The notes beneath the pieces were generated by a model. The model saw only the letters and a list, made by a program, of their open reading frames with translations. It made no database searches and had not been told where the DNA came from. A stretch of DNA of 63,031 nucleotides, the filler included, from Octopus bimaculoides (taxonomy: Eukaryota): NCBI RefSeq assembly GCF_001194135.2. It is 5 parts of 5 records of this genome, joined end to end, with 100 filler letters (N's around TTAATTAATTAA, not from the genome) between each part and the next. Parts side by side here need not be neighbours in the genome. Positions count along the whole stretch, not along the records: positions 22,109 to 45,733 come from NC_068982.1; positions 45,834 to 57,270 come from NC_068981.1; 3 more parts are not named here. One strand, given 5' to 3'. Made by a program: the position numbers and the translations under genes. Within the stretch, counting starts at the first letter, position 1. Each line of letters begins with the position of its first letter. Positions 35,567 through 49,265 of this stretch are shown in pieces.

Positions 35567-37359
35567 GGGTATAAAGAAATATTTAATTTGTTAAACACTG
35601 GAGAAACAAAGAGGTGTCCATGAAAATGATATGAATAGTGCAATCACCATATTGAAATGCATCAAGGTTTATGCAAGTTGATATAAGAATTTGGGACAGA
35701 AGACGAGAGCATTCCTCTCTTAATCACTACTTTGGTGCAACCCACCATCCCTGCATACAGTGAGAGAGATAGAGATAGAGAGAGAGAGAGGGAGAGAGAG
35801 AGAGAGAGAGAGAGTGTGGGAGAGGAAGGATGTGTGTTGCTATTTTTTGTCCTGCCTAATGGCTCTTGCCTAATAGTGCCTGCCTAATAATACTCATTCT
35901 TAACAGTTACTATTAATAAGGAAGAAGGGACACAGTTGTGTGTGTAATTGGAACTTTTCACGCGAACTTTATAATGTAGCCCAGTGAATCAATGGCTTAA
36001 CAAAAAATGTTACATCAGTGAAACTATTATNNNNNNNNNNNNNNNNNNNNNNNNNNNNNNNNNNNNNNNNNNNNNNNNNNNNNNNNNNNNNNNNNNNNNN
36101 NNNNNNNNNNNNNNNNNNNNNNNNNNNNNNNNNNNNNNNNNNNNNNNNNNNNNNNNNNNNNNNNNNNNNNNNNNNNNNNNNNNNNNNNNNNNNNNNNNNN
36201 NNNNNNNNNNNNNNNNNNNNNNNNNNNNNAGCTCTGGAAAAATATGTGAAGTCCAAAATCTAAAAATGTTTCAGGAACGCAATTTTCGTTGGCTCCAAAA
36301 TTTCATTTTATTCTAAAACACGGAAAAACCAGTGACTTTTTCTTTTCCAGATGACTTTCTCGCTTACTCTATATGATACAGATATCATGACAGATTAGTT
36401 TCTAATTTGCAAATGTCGTAAAGCTAGGCGTTCTAAACACTTGTACGTATAGTAGGCAAAACGTCGATCCTTTCAAAGACTAACTGGTAGAAGTGTTCGA
36501 GACTGGCTATAACTTAGATTTTGGTCATTATTGACTGAAGCTATGTCTAGCTTAATCGAACCACCTAAGCTTAGTTTTAGGACACCTCAGCCCGCTCAAT
36601 GAGGAAGATGCTGTATCCAGGTGTCGATGTTTTACTTGGGATTTCTTGGAAGAAAGGGAGTCTATGGACTTCAGGGAAATGGTAAAAGTGTGAAGGAAAA
36701 AGTAACCAATTCGATGTAATCCACCATTTAAAAGTGAAATTCGTCAACCATTTACAATACTTTGTTGTCTGTGAAGAAAACTGGTCAAATATTCTCTTTT
36801 CCTCGAGGAAATGATAATCCACATTTGTTTCCAATTTGTCAGCAGCCTTGTTCAAAAGAATAGACTAAGCTGTTTCATACTTAGGAAGAATCTTTAAAAA
36901 ATGTAATTTTCCTTCGTTCCATCTCAATTTCAAAGTAGCTTAGAAATATAAAAGTGAAAAAAAAATGTGCTAACCATTAATTAATTAGACAGAGGTCCGG
37001 GTGCTTTCTTCACAAATGATATTTTGATATCTACCGAGACACGAGTGAGACGATGTCGAAAGGGGTTGAGTATGCTTGATAATAGTGTTCATAAGTCATA
37101 AATTAAGTATTTTTTTTACTCCTGAAAAATATTTTCTGTTTCTGGTGTAGAATACTTCATTTCTGGTTGCGAGTTACCGAAGTTTTAAACTATGTATATT
37201 AGGTCAGCTAATACACAGATATTGCCTAACCTATATTTCTTGCCACCTTCTCTTTCTCTTAAGCAAAATTTTAATCAAGTCACGCAAGAAAGACTCAAGA
37301 AGTCTAGCTCCAACATGGCAACATGGTGAGAGGTGTACAAGCGTAACTGAATAATAAAC

Positions 37360-37640
37360 AAGTGGAAATAGATGTCTTGCCATCAGTCAAAATTGTGGAC
37401 ATCAATCACTTTGTCTCTGCTGCGTGATGCAATCTACAGATCTTCAAAGGACGTCTTTGAGCGAAAGATTGATTTGATGACAACGACCCCCGACAGTGTA
37501 GATTTACTGGAAACACTTCATCAAGTGTACATGTCACACGAAATTGACAACACACTTCACCTAACTCTACGTCGTAAGAGACCCAGAGCAAAGAAGGAAT
37601 ATCAGTGATGAGATCTTGAAGGGTGAGGATAAGATTTTGA
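37360..37640 (+). mobile_element. RTE-like LINE ORF relic (region between endonuclease and RT)
   Basis: LRDAIYRSSKDVF...(W)FDDNDP...LLETLHQVYMS resembles the RTE HQDWFDEND linker. Frameshifted. Confidence 0.5.
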
Positions 37641-37781
37641 CAAATCAACTAACTGACTGATTAATCAAATGATTAGTCGAGCAATCAGTTAATTAGCTAA
37701 TTAATTGACTAATAATAATAATCCTTTCTGCTATAGGCACAAGGCCCGAAATCGAGCTAACAATTCTGCCAGCTCGCCGCC

Positions 37782-38180
37782 CAGTGGCTGTGTGGTAAGT
37801 AGCTTGCTTATCAACCACATGGTTCCGGGTTCAGTCCCACTGCGTGGCACCTTGGGCAAGTGTCTTCTACTATAGCCTCGGGCCGACCAAAGCCTTGTGA
37901 GTAGATTTGGTAGACGGAAACTGAAAGAAGCCCGTCGTATATGTGTATATGTATATATGTGTGCATGTTTGTGTCTGTGTTTGCCCCCCCCCCAACATCG
38001 CTTGACAACCGATGCTGGTGTGTTTACGTCCCCGTAACTTAGCGGTTTGGAAAAAAAGACCGATAGAATAAGTACTAGCTTACAAAGAATAAGTCCTGGG
38101 GTCGATTTGCTCGACTAAAGGCGGTGCTCCAGCATGGCCGCAGTCAAATGACTGAAACAAGTAAAAGAGTAAAAGAGTAG
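37782..38180 (+). mobile_element. SINE family B, young full-length copy
   Basis: gtggctgtgtggtaagtagcttgc...gggttcagtcccactgcgtggcaccttgggcaagtgtc...ggcggtgctccagcatggccgcagtcaaatgactgaaacaagtaaaagagtaaaagag. Confidence 0.92.
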
Positions 38181-38669
38181 ATATACACATACATGCACGC
38201 GGCCCGTTTCCGACCAATTTCAGTCTATCAAATTTCATTCACATATCATTGGTTGATCCGAAGCTATTGTAGAAAACATTTGGCCACGCTGCCTTAATGC
38301 GAAACTGGCCCTGAGACCACGTCGTTGCAAAGTGAGCTTGTTACTCACAAAGATACACAAATGTATAAGTTCTCAAATATGAAATATGAGTTGAATAACT
38401 TCGATTAGCTGAGATTATCCAAATAATTAGTAAAAAAAAAAGCTAGAGGTGCTTAAAATTTTACCACAATAATCAAGGGAGATAATTGCAATAAGATCTG
38501 TTTATTGAAATATTTTAACTCTATAAAGAATACGTACTGGATAGATCTGATCGTTAAAGTAAATCGGTGAAAACAACAGACGTTTTGGTCTAATAATACA
38601 TCTTCAATGATATATTTTCTACTCAGTTGGTAAGATTAATAATGACCAATACGTGTATATATACGTATA

Positions 38670-38906
38670 TGTTATTTCTTTACTACCCACACGGGGCTAC
38701 ACACAGAGGGGACAAACAAGGACAGACAAAGGGATTAAGTCGATTATATCGACCCCAGTGCGTAACTGGTACTTATTTAATCGACCCCGAAAGGATGAAA
38801 GGCAAAGTCGACCTCAGCGGAATTTGAACTCAGAACGTAGCGGCAGACGAAATACCGCTAAGCATTTCGCCCGGCGTGCTAACGTTTCTACCACCTCGTC
38901 GCCTTA
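38670..38906 (-). mobile_element. SINE family A, young full-length copy
   Basis: Complete head, core and ttgtccttgtttgtcccctctg tail on the minus strand, with CpGs intact. Confidence 0.92.
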
Positions 38907-40090
38907 CATACGTATATGTGTGTGTGTGCACGCGTGTTTGTATGTGTGTGACTGTGAGCGTGTGCGCGCGCGCGTGTGTATGTGTATGTGTGTAGTGGTT
39001 TATTAGTTTATGAACTAGTAAATCACTTTATAAAATAAACGACTAAGGCTTTGGGTCGTCGAAAATTATTATCTATTTATTCGTTTCGATACCAACTCCT
39101 GTATGCTTCAATTTTCCAATAGGGTATCATCTCACGAAATTGTTTTTTATTTCGTAGTAACAGCACACAAATGTCATGAACCATAGGTTTGCGATTCAGC
39201 AAATTAGAGTTTAAACAGCCTATTTAAGGTAGCAAATTTGAGCCAAATGCGTGTAACACGAGTAACATTGTTTGTGAAAAATACAGAACGTATTATTTGA
39301 TAGTCTCTGTAGTTAGGAATTAGATGCCAAGTGCCAAGTGAATAATTAAGGTTCTGCATGCAATCATCAACAGGTATGTAATTCTAGAACAAATATATTT
39401 AACGTCGGGAATAACAAACCTAAACTGGCCAAAGCAATAGATTGCTTCAAGGAGAAAGTCATTTCCTTCTCACGGCTTATATATACATCATATACAGAAA
39501 TGGTTGAATAATGTTTATACCTTATCGTCTTAATGTTATCTATAGCACGTTGTACTATATTACCTGAATAGTTATAAACTTTTCACAGTTTAATTACTGG
39601 AAAATGAGGAATTATGAATCATGCAGTCTTTTACAATAGGAACTTTATAAAGAAAATATTTACAAATACTTAGCGTTACAAAAAAAAAAATGAATGAATT
39701 TAAGTAATTCATAGATATTGTAGAAGAATATTGTATGTGTGTATATGTGTGTATTAGAAATTCTTCAGACAAGAATTATATAATTTCTCTGTCTAAAGGA
39801 TTTTAAATGGGAAATTCCTTACATGCCTATCTAACGTGTAAATCTTTGTAATTCCTATTAGCAAGTGAAACACGTGTAATGTTGAATAAATAATACCAAA
39901 AGTTTCCTATTTTCTGTTTTTATATATATATATATANNNNNNNNNNNNNNNNNNNNNNNNNNNNNNNNNNNNNNNNNNNNNNNNNNNNNNNNNNNNNNNN
40001 NNNNNNNNNNNNNNNNNNNNNNNNNNNNNNNNNNNNNNNNNNNNNNNNNNNNNNNNNNNNNNNNNNNNNNNNNNNNNNNNNNNNNNNNNN

Positions 40091-40391
40091 GTAAGCCTAG
40101 TACTTATTCTATCGGGGACGTAAACACACCAGCACCGGTTGTCAAGTGATGTTGGGAGGACAAACACAGACACACAAACATATACACAAACACACATATA
40201 TATTCATATATATATATATATATATACGACGGGCTTCTTTCAGTTTCCGTCTACCAAATCCACTCACAAGGCTTTGGTCGGCCCGAGGCGATAGTAGAAG
40301 ACACTTGCCCAAGGTGCCATGCAGTGGGACTGAACCTGGAACCATGTGGTTGGTAAGTAAGCTACTTACCACACAGCCACTCCTACGCCTA
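40091..40391 (-). mobile_element. SINE family B, tail lost in gap
   Basis: Reverse complement of 37782-38090. Confidence 0.9.
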
Positions 40392-40822
40392 TGTATATAT
40401 ATATATATATATATAAAAGTTTCTCCTTTCCTAGACTGGTCTCTTAACTAACCAGTCGCAAATTCTGTCTCTCCGTTCTCCATCGTTCAAAGCATTTTCT
40501 AAGCGTTACCCACTACTCTCGTCTTCTTGGCCCTAAGGCCATATTTTGTTCGACTGTTTGTCCTCGTCCACTGTCCTAAATCGCACTCTCTGTCATTTTG
40601 CTTGTTTTGATTCGTTTTGTTTGCTCTTGTCCCTAATTCTACGCAAGAAAACTTTATTTTGCAGGCACCACCAATTGGGAAGCACTCAGTCTTATCGTTA
40701 AAGGTGCGAAACTGAAAAGTACCATTGGTCGATAACTGATGAAGAATTACGGACTGTCTGTTTGTCTCCTGGTTGTTTTTACATTCAGTATACGTTATGT
40801 CGTTTGTGTATACTTTTTCATT

Positions 40823-40863
<41 letters not shown>

Positions 40864-41422
40864 TCAACGTTCTTACTTTATATGTGTGTCTAAAATAAAG
40901 AGCATTCTGAGAAATATATAGTCTTTAAATAAATAATCTAAATATAGTTTTAAGAGACTTTAATGCGCCCAGTGTCGTCACTTTGACTACGAAAGAACAA
41001 TCACTCCTCACGGTATACCTCTACTTAATTTTTAATCAATCTGATTTTCGGAGTTCTCTCCCTTACTATCCTCTCAAGAATTGTCATTAACGTTGATGGC
41101 GTCCTCATTAAGAATATAATTTCAGTTGATTAAAAATTCATTTTCGTTTACTACATTCATGTGTGAATTTTCCAGTTCATGTTGTTTATACATGTAACTG
41201 ATAACCAGAGGTTGCATTACCACATGTCGGCAACTAGATCCTAAAATATGAGCATTGTGAACATTGTCTGCATTATGACCATATTATATCTCATGAATGA
41301 CTATATTTCTTGTGAATGCATTGACTTTCTCTATTCTTCTAATAAGTTTTTTGCTTTCTCTTGAAAAGCGAAAAATAATTTTGTACCTTCAAAACGTTGC
41401 GCATCCAATCAAATACCACACC

Positions 41423-41453
<31 letters not shown>

Positions 41454-42301
41454 NNNNNNNNNNNNNNNNNNNNNNNNNNNNNNNNNNNNNNNNNNNNNNN
41501 NNNNNNNNNNNNNNNNNNNNNNNNNNNNNNNNNNNNNNNNNNNNNNNNNNNNNNNNNNNNNNNNNNNNNNNNNNNNNNNNNNNNNNNNNNNNNNNNNNNN
41601 NNNNNNNNNNNNNNNNNNNNNNNNNNNNNNNNNNNNNNNNNNNNNNNNNNNNNNNNNNNNNNNNNNNNNNNNNNNNNNNNNNNNNNNNNNNNNNNNNNNN
41701 NNNNNNNNNNNNNNNNNNNNNNNNNNNNNNNNNNNNNNNNNNNNNNNNNNNNNNNNNNNNNNNNNNNNNNNNNNNNNNNNNNNNNNNNNNNNNNNNNNNN
41801 NNNNNNNNNNNNNNNNNNNNNNNNNNNNNNNNNNNNNNNNNNNNNNNNNNNNNNNNNNNNNNNNNNNNNNNNNNNNNNNNNNNNNNNNNNNNNNNNNNNN
41901 NNNNNNNNNNNNNNNNNNNNNNNNNNNNNNNNNNNNNNNNNNNNNNNNNNNNNNNNNNNNNNNNNNNNNNNNNNNNNNNNNNNNNNNNNNNNNNNNNNNN
42001 NNNNNNNNNNNNNNNNNNNNNNNNNNNNNNNNNNNNNNNNNNNNNNNNNNNNNNNNNNNNNNNNNNNNNNNNNNNNNNNNNNNNNNNNNNNNNNNNNNNN
42101 NNNNNNNNNNNNNNNNNNNNNNNNNNNNNNNNNNNNNNNNNNNNNNNNNNNNNNNNNNNNNNNNNNNNNNNNNNNNNNNNNNNNNNNNNNNNNNNNNNNN
42201 NNNNNNNNNNNNNNNNNNNNNNNNNNNNNNNNNNNNNNNNNNNNNNNNNNNNNNNNNNNNNNNNNNNNNNNNNNNNNNNNNNNNNNNNNNNNNNNNNNNN
42301 N

Positions 42302-42333
<32 letters not shown>

Positions 42334-42425
42334 GTGTGTGTGTGTGTGTGAATGTGTGTGTTCACAGTAATTTCAGTAAGATTGCCATTACTCTGATAAT
42401 ATCTAAGGAAATCAAACGAAATCTA

Positions 42426-43856
42426 TACTGACTAAAATATATGATACATGCAAACATTATACAAATTTGGAACACAAAACAATAAACATTTTCAAAGATA
42501 TGATCGAAATATTAATTTTGAAACGTTACAAAAAATATGTGTGCCCTAAAGGAAATTTGCTATATTCAGTATTTTATCCACATTTTTTTTTACTAAATTC
42601 AAATATTGCTGATAATTTCAATTCTAATAAATTATCTCTCCTGGCATTTTTGCCCTAGTCATTGTTATTGCATCTGCAGGAGTTCTGATTTGTGTGCCAT
42701 GGTAAAAATGTTCATTGTGATTAAAATGGCACTAAAAGGAAAAGAGTTGTCTGAAGATTTGAAGAAAATTATTTTTGATTTGCACAAGAATGGTTTAGGA
42801 TACAATTTAATTCGTAAACGAATACATATTTGCATAAACACAGTTGCCAAAGTAATTCAGAAGTACAAAGCTACTGGACGGCTAAGCAATAAACATCGTC
42901 CAGGTTGTCCTATTTTAACTGTGCATGATATTCGCCACATCCAACATTGCGTGATGGACGACAGGCGTCGTACCGCTTCATCTTTGGCCCAAGAAGTGTC
43001 TTCTTTTAGTGGAAAGAGTGTATCCGCCCAAACAGTTCGCCGAAGTTTGAAACAGTGTGGTCTTCCTGGACGCATCCTTCGTAGGAAGCCTCTCCTCACT
43101 ACAAGGCGTAAATCAAGTCGTCTTTCTTTTGCTGAAACCTATGTGAGTAAGGGGAAGGAGTTTTAGAATAAAATTCTTTTTTTCTGACGAGACTAAAATC
43201 AACTTGTTTGGGTCAGATGGTATTAAACGAGTATGGTGAAGATAATAGCGACAAATGCACCACAAATGCACCGTGCCTACCGTGAAACATGGTGTCGGAA
43301 GTGTTATGCTTTGGGGATGCATGAGTACAGCTGGTGTGAGAGGACTCACACTTATTGAGAGAACAATGGATTCAAGGCTTTATTGTGACATATTATAGAA
43401 AACAATGTTGAAAAGCATCAAGGAACTAGGAAGACATTCCATATTCCTAAATGATTATGAACCTAAACGCACTTCAAAAATGTCAACTAAGTTTTTATCA
43501 GATAAAAAGGTAAAGGTATTGCCTTGGCCTACCATGTCACCTAATTTAAACCCAATAGAACATCTGTGGGGTGTTTTGAAAAGGAAGGTTGAGGAGAAAA
43601 AAAACTTCGCAATATAACGCAGTTGAAAGACATCATTCAGGATGAATAGAGGTCGATTTCTTCGGCTATAAGCAGAAATTTAGTTGAAAGCAAGGGTGGT
43701 CACACCAAATATTGAGTATAGCAAATAATCCTTTAGGGTGTACATATTTTTGTAACGGTTGAAAATTAATATTTCCTTCATATCTTTGAAAATGTTTATT
43801 ATTTTGTGTTTCCAAGTTTGTATAATGTTTGCATGTATAATGTATTTTATTCAGTA
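42426..43856 (+). mobile_element. Tc1-family DNA transposon, full length, with about 150-bp TIRs
   Basis: TA|TACTGA...ccctaaagg...tttgctata left end matches the reverse complement of about 43710-43856. TA target site at both ends. Confidence 0.9.
42726..43715 (+). pseudogene. Tc1 transposase (DD34E type), disrupted
   Basis: MALKGKELSEDLKKIIFDLHKNGLGY (HTH)...FSDETKINLFGSDG...TVKHGVGSVMLWGCM...WPTMSPNLNPIEHLWGVLKRKV...GGHTKY*. Premature TAG at 43164 plus frameshifts. Confidence 0.9.
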
Positions 43857-45733
43857 TAAATTAAGATGTTATCAATAGTAGAAAGGAGAAGATGTGATAA
43901 TATTGGAAAATGAAGTAGAGGAATTGGATAAGAAGGAAAGGTGGAATAGAAGAGATCAGAATGAAGAAACTTTAAAGTGGATCAATATCTGATATCTGTT
44001 CTTCTGTGTCGAGTGAAGGTAATAGGTACGTAAGAAACAAAATTTCAAAAAGTGTCCCAAACACTTCTGATCAAATGTTTAAATAAAGGTGTCGAATACG
44101 AAAAATGTCAAAGATTTTTCCTTTTTCTTTCTTTCTTTTTTTTTTTGCTGTACATAGACCACTCTTTTGTTTCTAATTATGCAAGGCTCGAGTTTTTCTA
44201 TGATTTTCTAATTAACACGTTAATTTTAGTTTCCATATGCAGTCGGTCAGTTTTGTTGTGTTGTTTATATCTTTGTTTAAACTTACCGTCTTTCATGCCT
44301 ATCTAACGAGACGTGCCAATGAGGTGACTTCTGCTTCATGACTTATGGTCTTTGTGTTAAAAGATTTATCCAGTGAACATGCATTTAGGTTTTTGCACAA
44401 GTGTTCCACTTTTGTTAGTGTGTCTGCACGTGTCTGTGTGTGTGCTTGTGCGTGCATATGTATGTGTACTCCACAATATTGGTGTTGACGACGAGCATCC
44501 AGTTGTTCGAACAACGAACAACCCACTGGTTAATGTGGAAGTGGTTGAATGTTCTACAGATAGATGTACTCTTCAGGCCGAACCTGCGTAACACAATATA
44601 TGACAATATATGAATTCCTGAGTTACTGGTACAATCCATCCAACAGGCTTTTATATAGTTTCCGTCTACACGGTTTGGGGAAATCATAGTTTATGATAAA
44701 ATACATTTTGCTTGAACTCCCAGACATGAAATCGAACGTAGGCTTTAAAAATTACACAGCAGCCTTCTTAACAACTCGATTGTACCTGCCTCCTCATATG
44801 TCACGCTATAATTGTCTTGGCACATTTAGGTTTCAATTTCCATATAAAATTTTTTAAGATTTTTGGACATATTTGCAAACTCTGTCGTTCCAGCTGGATG
44901 ATCACCATCATAAAAGTATTCAGAAATCCCGAACTACTGAATTGAAACCAACGAAAGTTTTACTAGTTTTATTATTGCGATGTGGGAATAAGTTCTCATC
45001 AAACCACAATGGCTTATCATCATAAAAGTACTCAGATGTACTGAACGACTGAAATGAAAGCAACGAAAGATTTCTCCCCCCTTTTTTTTTATCACTGCAA
45101 TGTGGGATGTAAGTTGTCATCAAACTGGTTGGGTCTATTTCATTTCGCGTACATCGTTAATGTTTTTTAGGAAGGGCATTAAAGTCACTGTTTCCCAATA
45201 ATCTCTACCTAAATCAGAATTATTGACGATGCAAGAAACCACTATGACACGCTTAAGGCTCACAGCAGGAAATATAAAATTTACTGAAGGCTGCCATAAA
45301 AATTCAGTTTGTACTAATTCTACAGGTTACAACAGAGGCTACAATACGTTCAATAATGCCGGCATGATTTTTACTTGCAAATTCCTTTTGATTGAATAAC
45401 CACGGATTGCTGATCTGTGAAAATACACAGATTGCTGTGAATTCAAATCATCGAACATATTTCTATTAATTCTGTTTGCACTAATCTGTTGCATTTTCTC
45501 TAATTAAAAGAAAAGGAATGTATACGGGCGAACTACAGAACGCTTTAAAAGTGTTTGCGAGCCATAAGTTTCTGTAAATCCTGTTTTTATTTCAAGTTTC
45601 TCGCTGCGTTGATGGTTGGCTACCATTCTTGGAAGATCTTTAAGCAAGTACACTGAAACATCTAGATTAAAGTGTATCCTAGAGACACGGAGGAAACTAA
45701 ATGCATCAGTCATTGCAGCCATCATCATCATCG

Positions 45734-45833
45734 NNNNNNNNNNNNNNNNNNNNNNNNNNNNNNNNNNNNNNNNNNNNTTAATTAATTAANNNNNNNNNNN
45801 NNNNNNNNNNNNNNNNNNNNNNNNNNNNNNNNN
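45734..45833. other. Artificial scaffold-join spacer
   Basis: 44 N, TTAATTAATTAA, 44 N. Confidence 0.95.
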
Positions 45834-45916
45834 ATATTTTTTATATTAGCAGCTATACAATTTAGAATTTACAAGTACATTGTAAATTCGGGGAGAGCGA
45901 TGAGATAGATAAATTA

Positions 45917-45988
45917 CAATGTCTGCAATGTCTGCAATGTCTGCAATGTCTGCAATGTCTGCAATGTCTGCAATGTCTGCAATGTCTG
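45917..45988. repeat. Perfect 9-bp tandem repeat (CAATGTCTG) x8
   Basis: Read directly from the sequence. Confidence 0.95.
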
Positions 45989-46439
45989 CATGCGTTGATG
46001 TAGATGCCAAGAATATTTAGAAATATAAACACACTCAAACACACACACACACACTCACACACATACTCACACACACACATGTACTCATATGTGCAAGTAT
46101 TATGTACATACATGTTCAACTGATTTCATCAACATGTGGTCTCAACGAGTGCTTTAGCTAACTTGCCAGAAAAATAAAATGTATAAAATCATGTGAATAG
46201 ATGTGAGTGTGCGTGTTCGGGTATGGAAGATACTATCACAAACATTGCCCATAAACATTTACAAATCCACATTTTAAGAGTAGTATGTATATAGGTGTGT
46301 TTGTATGTGCGAGTATATATATATGTGTGTGTGTACGTATGTATATGTGTGTGAGGTCATATATACATGTGTGTATACGTATTTATATACATGAGATATA
46401 TGTAGACATATGCACACATGTGTATGTGTGTATATATAT

Positions 46440-46471
<32 letters not shown>

Positions 46472-47135
46472 NNNNNNNNNNNNNNNNNNNNNNNNNNNNN
46501 NNNNNNNNNNNNNNNNNNNNNNNNNNNNNNNNNNNNNNNNNNNNNNNNNNNNNNNNNNNNNNNNNNNNNNNNNNNNNNNNNNNNNNNNNNNNNNNNNNNN
46601 NNNNNNNNNNNNNNNNNNNNNNNNNNNNNNNNNNNNNNNNNNNNNNNNNNNNNNNNNNNNNNNNNNNNNNNNNNNNNNNNNNNNNNNNNNNNNNNNNNNN
46701 NNNNNNNNNNNNNNNNNNATATATATATATATATATATATATACACAACACACACACATAGTTTTAGTTTTAAAATATATCTCGCAGACTTTCCGATATG
46801 AATTGTCAATGATATATATGTGTGCGTGTGAGAGAGAGAGAGAGAAAGAGAGAGAAATTATAGTCACGTGTAAAAATCCGCATAACCATACATATTTTGA
46901 AGCGTTCACACACACACGCACGCACCGGAACAAACAGCAACTTATGCAATATATCAGTGATCTCTCTGCGAGGAATACACATAATCACATACACCTGAGA
47001 ATGTATTGCGTTTGTACATATGTGTGTGTGCACGTGTGTGTGCATGTGTGTGTGCTTGTGTGTGTGTGTGTGTGTATCTATGTCCATGCAGACTTCAAAA
47101 TTTGTATGTTATGTGGATTTCTACGTGTAGCTATA

Positions 47136-47191
<56 letters not shown>

Positions 47192-47839
47192 ATCTATTTA
47201 TCTATCTCTCACATATACAATTTATATACATATATATATATATACATAAGTGCAATATACACATACACATATATATATATTCATATGTACATACATATGT
47301 CCACATATGTGTAAATCTGTATATATGTATATAGATAGAGAGAGAGGGAGAGAGAGAGATACATATATGTCTATACACAAGCACGCATACACACTCGTAA
47401 GCATACTCACATGCAATATATACATAGTACTCCTAAATATGTTTATGAATGTTTTTGTGTAATTTTGTGATAATATCTCCCATACATAATAAACCCACCA
47501 AAAATGTATACATTATGTATTTTAATGTGGGAAAGAGAGAAATTTTTTGTCCAAAAGATAAGCGAAGAAAACTTTTGTAGCATACTGCTACAGAGCAGGA
47601 GAAATACACATATTCAATCATATATATGTTTTCATACTTGAATATATACACATATATGTAGTTATATATGTACGTGTTTAATGGTTGTGCTTGAGCGTGT
47701 ATTGGTGTCTGTATGTGTGAACGTATATGCACATGTGTAAAACCATACCGACGGAAGAACGTTTAAAAATATAATTGCATCTCATTAGAATGGTATGGGA
47801 AGCGTTTTTATACTTACCGTTTCTAGGGAGACGAAATTA

Positions 47840-47875
<36 letters not shown>

Positions 47876-49039
47876 NNNNNNNNNNNNNNNNNNNNNNNNN
47901 NNNNNNNNNNNNNNNNNNNNNNNNNNNNNNNNNNNNNNNNNNNNNNNNNNNNNNNNNNNNNNNNNNNNNNNNNNNNNNNNNNNNNNNNNNNNNNNNNNNN
48001 NNNNNNNNNNNNNNNNNNNNNNNNNNNNNNNNNNNNNNNNNNNNNNNNNNNNNNNNNNNNNNNNNNNNNNNNNNNNNNNNNNNNNNNNNNNNNNNNNNNN
48101 NNNNNNNNNNNNNNNNNNNNNNNNNNNNNNNNNNNNNNNNNNNNNNNNNNNNNNNNNNNNNNNNNNNNNNNNNNNNNNNNNNNNNNNNNNNNNNNNNNNN
48201 NNNNNNNNNNNNNNNNNNNNNNNNNNNNNNNNNNNNNNNNNNNNNNNNNNNNNNNNNNNNNNNNNNNNNNNNNNNNNNNNNNNNNNNNNNNNNNNNNNNN
48301 NNNNNNNNNNNNNNNNNNNNNNNNNNNNNNNNNNNNNNNNNNNNNNNNNNNNNNNNNNNNNNNNNNNNNNNNNNNNNNNNNNNNNNNNNATATATATATA
48401 TTCTTTTGCTTGTTCCATTCTGATATGTATGTGGAGCAGATCTTCTCTAAGACATATCATGTTAAAAAGCTATATGTAACAAAGTAATGGAGAAATACAA
48501 GTCGATTGAATCGATTTGAGATCTATGAATGTTACGTATTTTATTGAACACATGAAAAGTGGAGAAGACGCTTCTGGCTCCATACGACTCTAGCATCGTT
48601 TGAACTCAGAAACTAAGACTACGATATTAAATACAGAATTATGTTTATTTCGTACCGAAACACATGTAGTGATTCAATGCGAATTTTTAACTGATGCGAT
48701 AAGTGATGCAATGTGAATTTTTAACTGATGCAATCTCTCTGAGATCAATTATCATCAAATAAATCTCTGATAAAAAGGCATTCCAAGTGTGACCATCCAT
48801 TCTTTTTTGTTTTCCATAAGCAGTCTAACTCGGATTACATCATCAAATGTGTCCTTGCTTCTTCTAAGTATGATTTGAAGGCGATTTGGCTATTATTTCC
48901 ACTTAGTTGAGCAATCGTGCAGTGGAAAGTCCGTTAGCTCCAGTCAAGATGGATAACGGATATGGTATGAGGTTTCAAATCCATTGTTTTCTCTTGAACA
49001 TTGTCTGCTGTTTATTCTCTCGGTTAGCAACACGAGTTG

Positions 49040-49265
49040 TCAAGCAGTAGGGTGACAGACAGACACGTATACATACATGTTTGTGTATGAGTGATTTTTC
49101 TTTTTTCTACACAGGGGGCTTGTTTCAGTTTCTGTCAACCAGATCTATTCACAAAGCTTTGGTCCACTCGGGGCTAGAGTAGAAGACAGCCACTTAAGGT
49201 TCTACACAGTGGGACTGAGCCCAAAACCACGTGATAGGGAAATAAACTTCTAACCATACAGTCAT
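49040..49265 (-). mobile_element. SINE family B, partial
   Basis: cacaaagctttggtcc...gtagaagac...cagtgggactga...ccatacagtc. Confidence 0.7.

Noticed and set aside
37782-37860. tRNA-like A and B boxes here and in many other copies
   Set aside because: These are SINE heads with no cloverleaf acceptor stem. No genuine tRNA gene was seen.
44545-44580. CTGAAGA plus TACA/TGTA hairpin on minus, hammerhead-like
   Set aside because: It lacks C11.1, an intact GAAA and any stem I pairing next to the core.
45862-46119. ORF with (CRH)n, resembling a metal-binding repeat
   Set aside because: It is only the reverse translation of a 9-bp tandem repeat within low-complexity sequence, with no splice or homology support.
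47818-47822. Apparent 5-nt microexon AAACG on minus between ctccctag and gtaagt
   Set aside because: It is not frame-preserving, has no host gene in this contig, and is plausible by chance.
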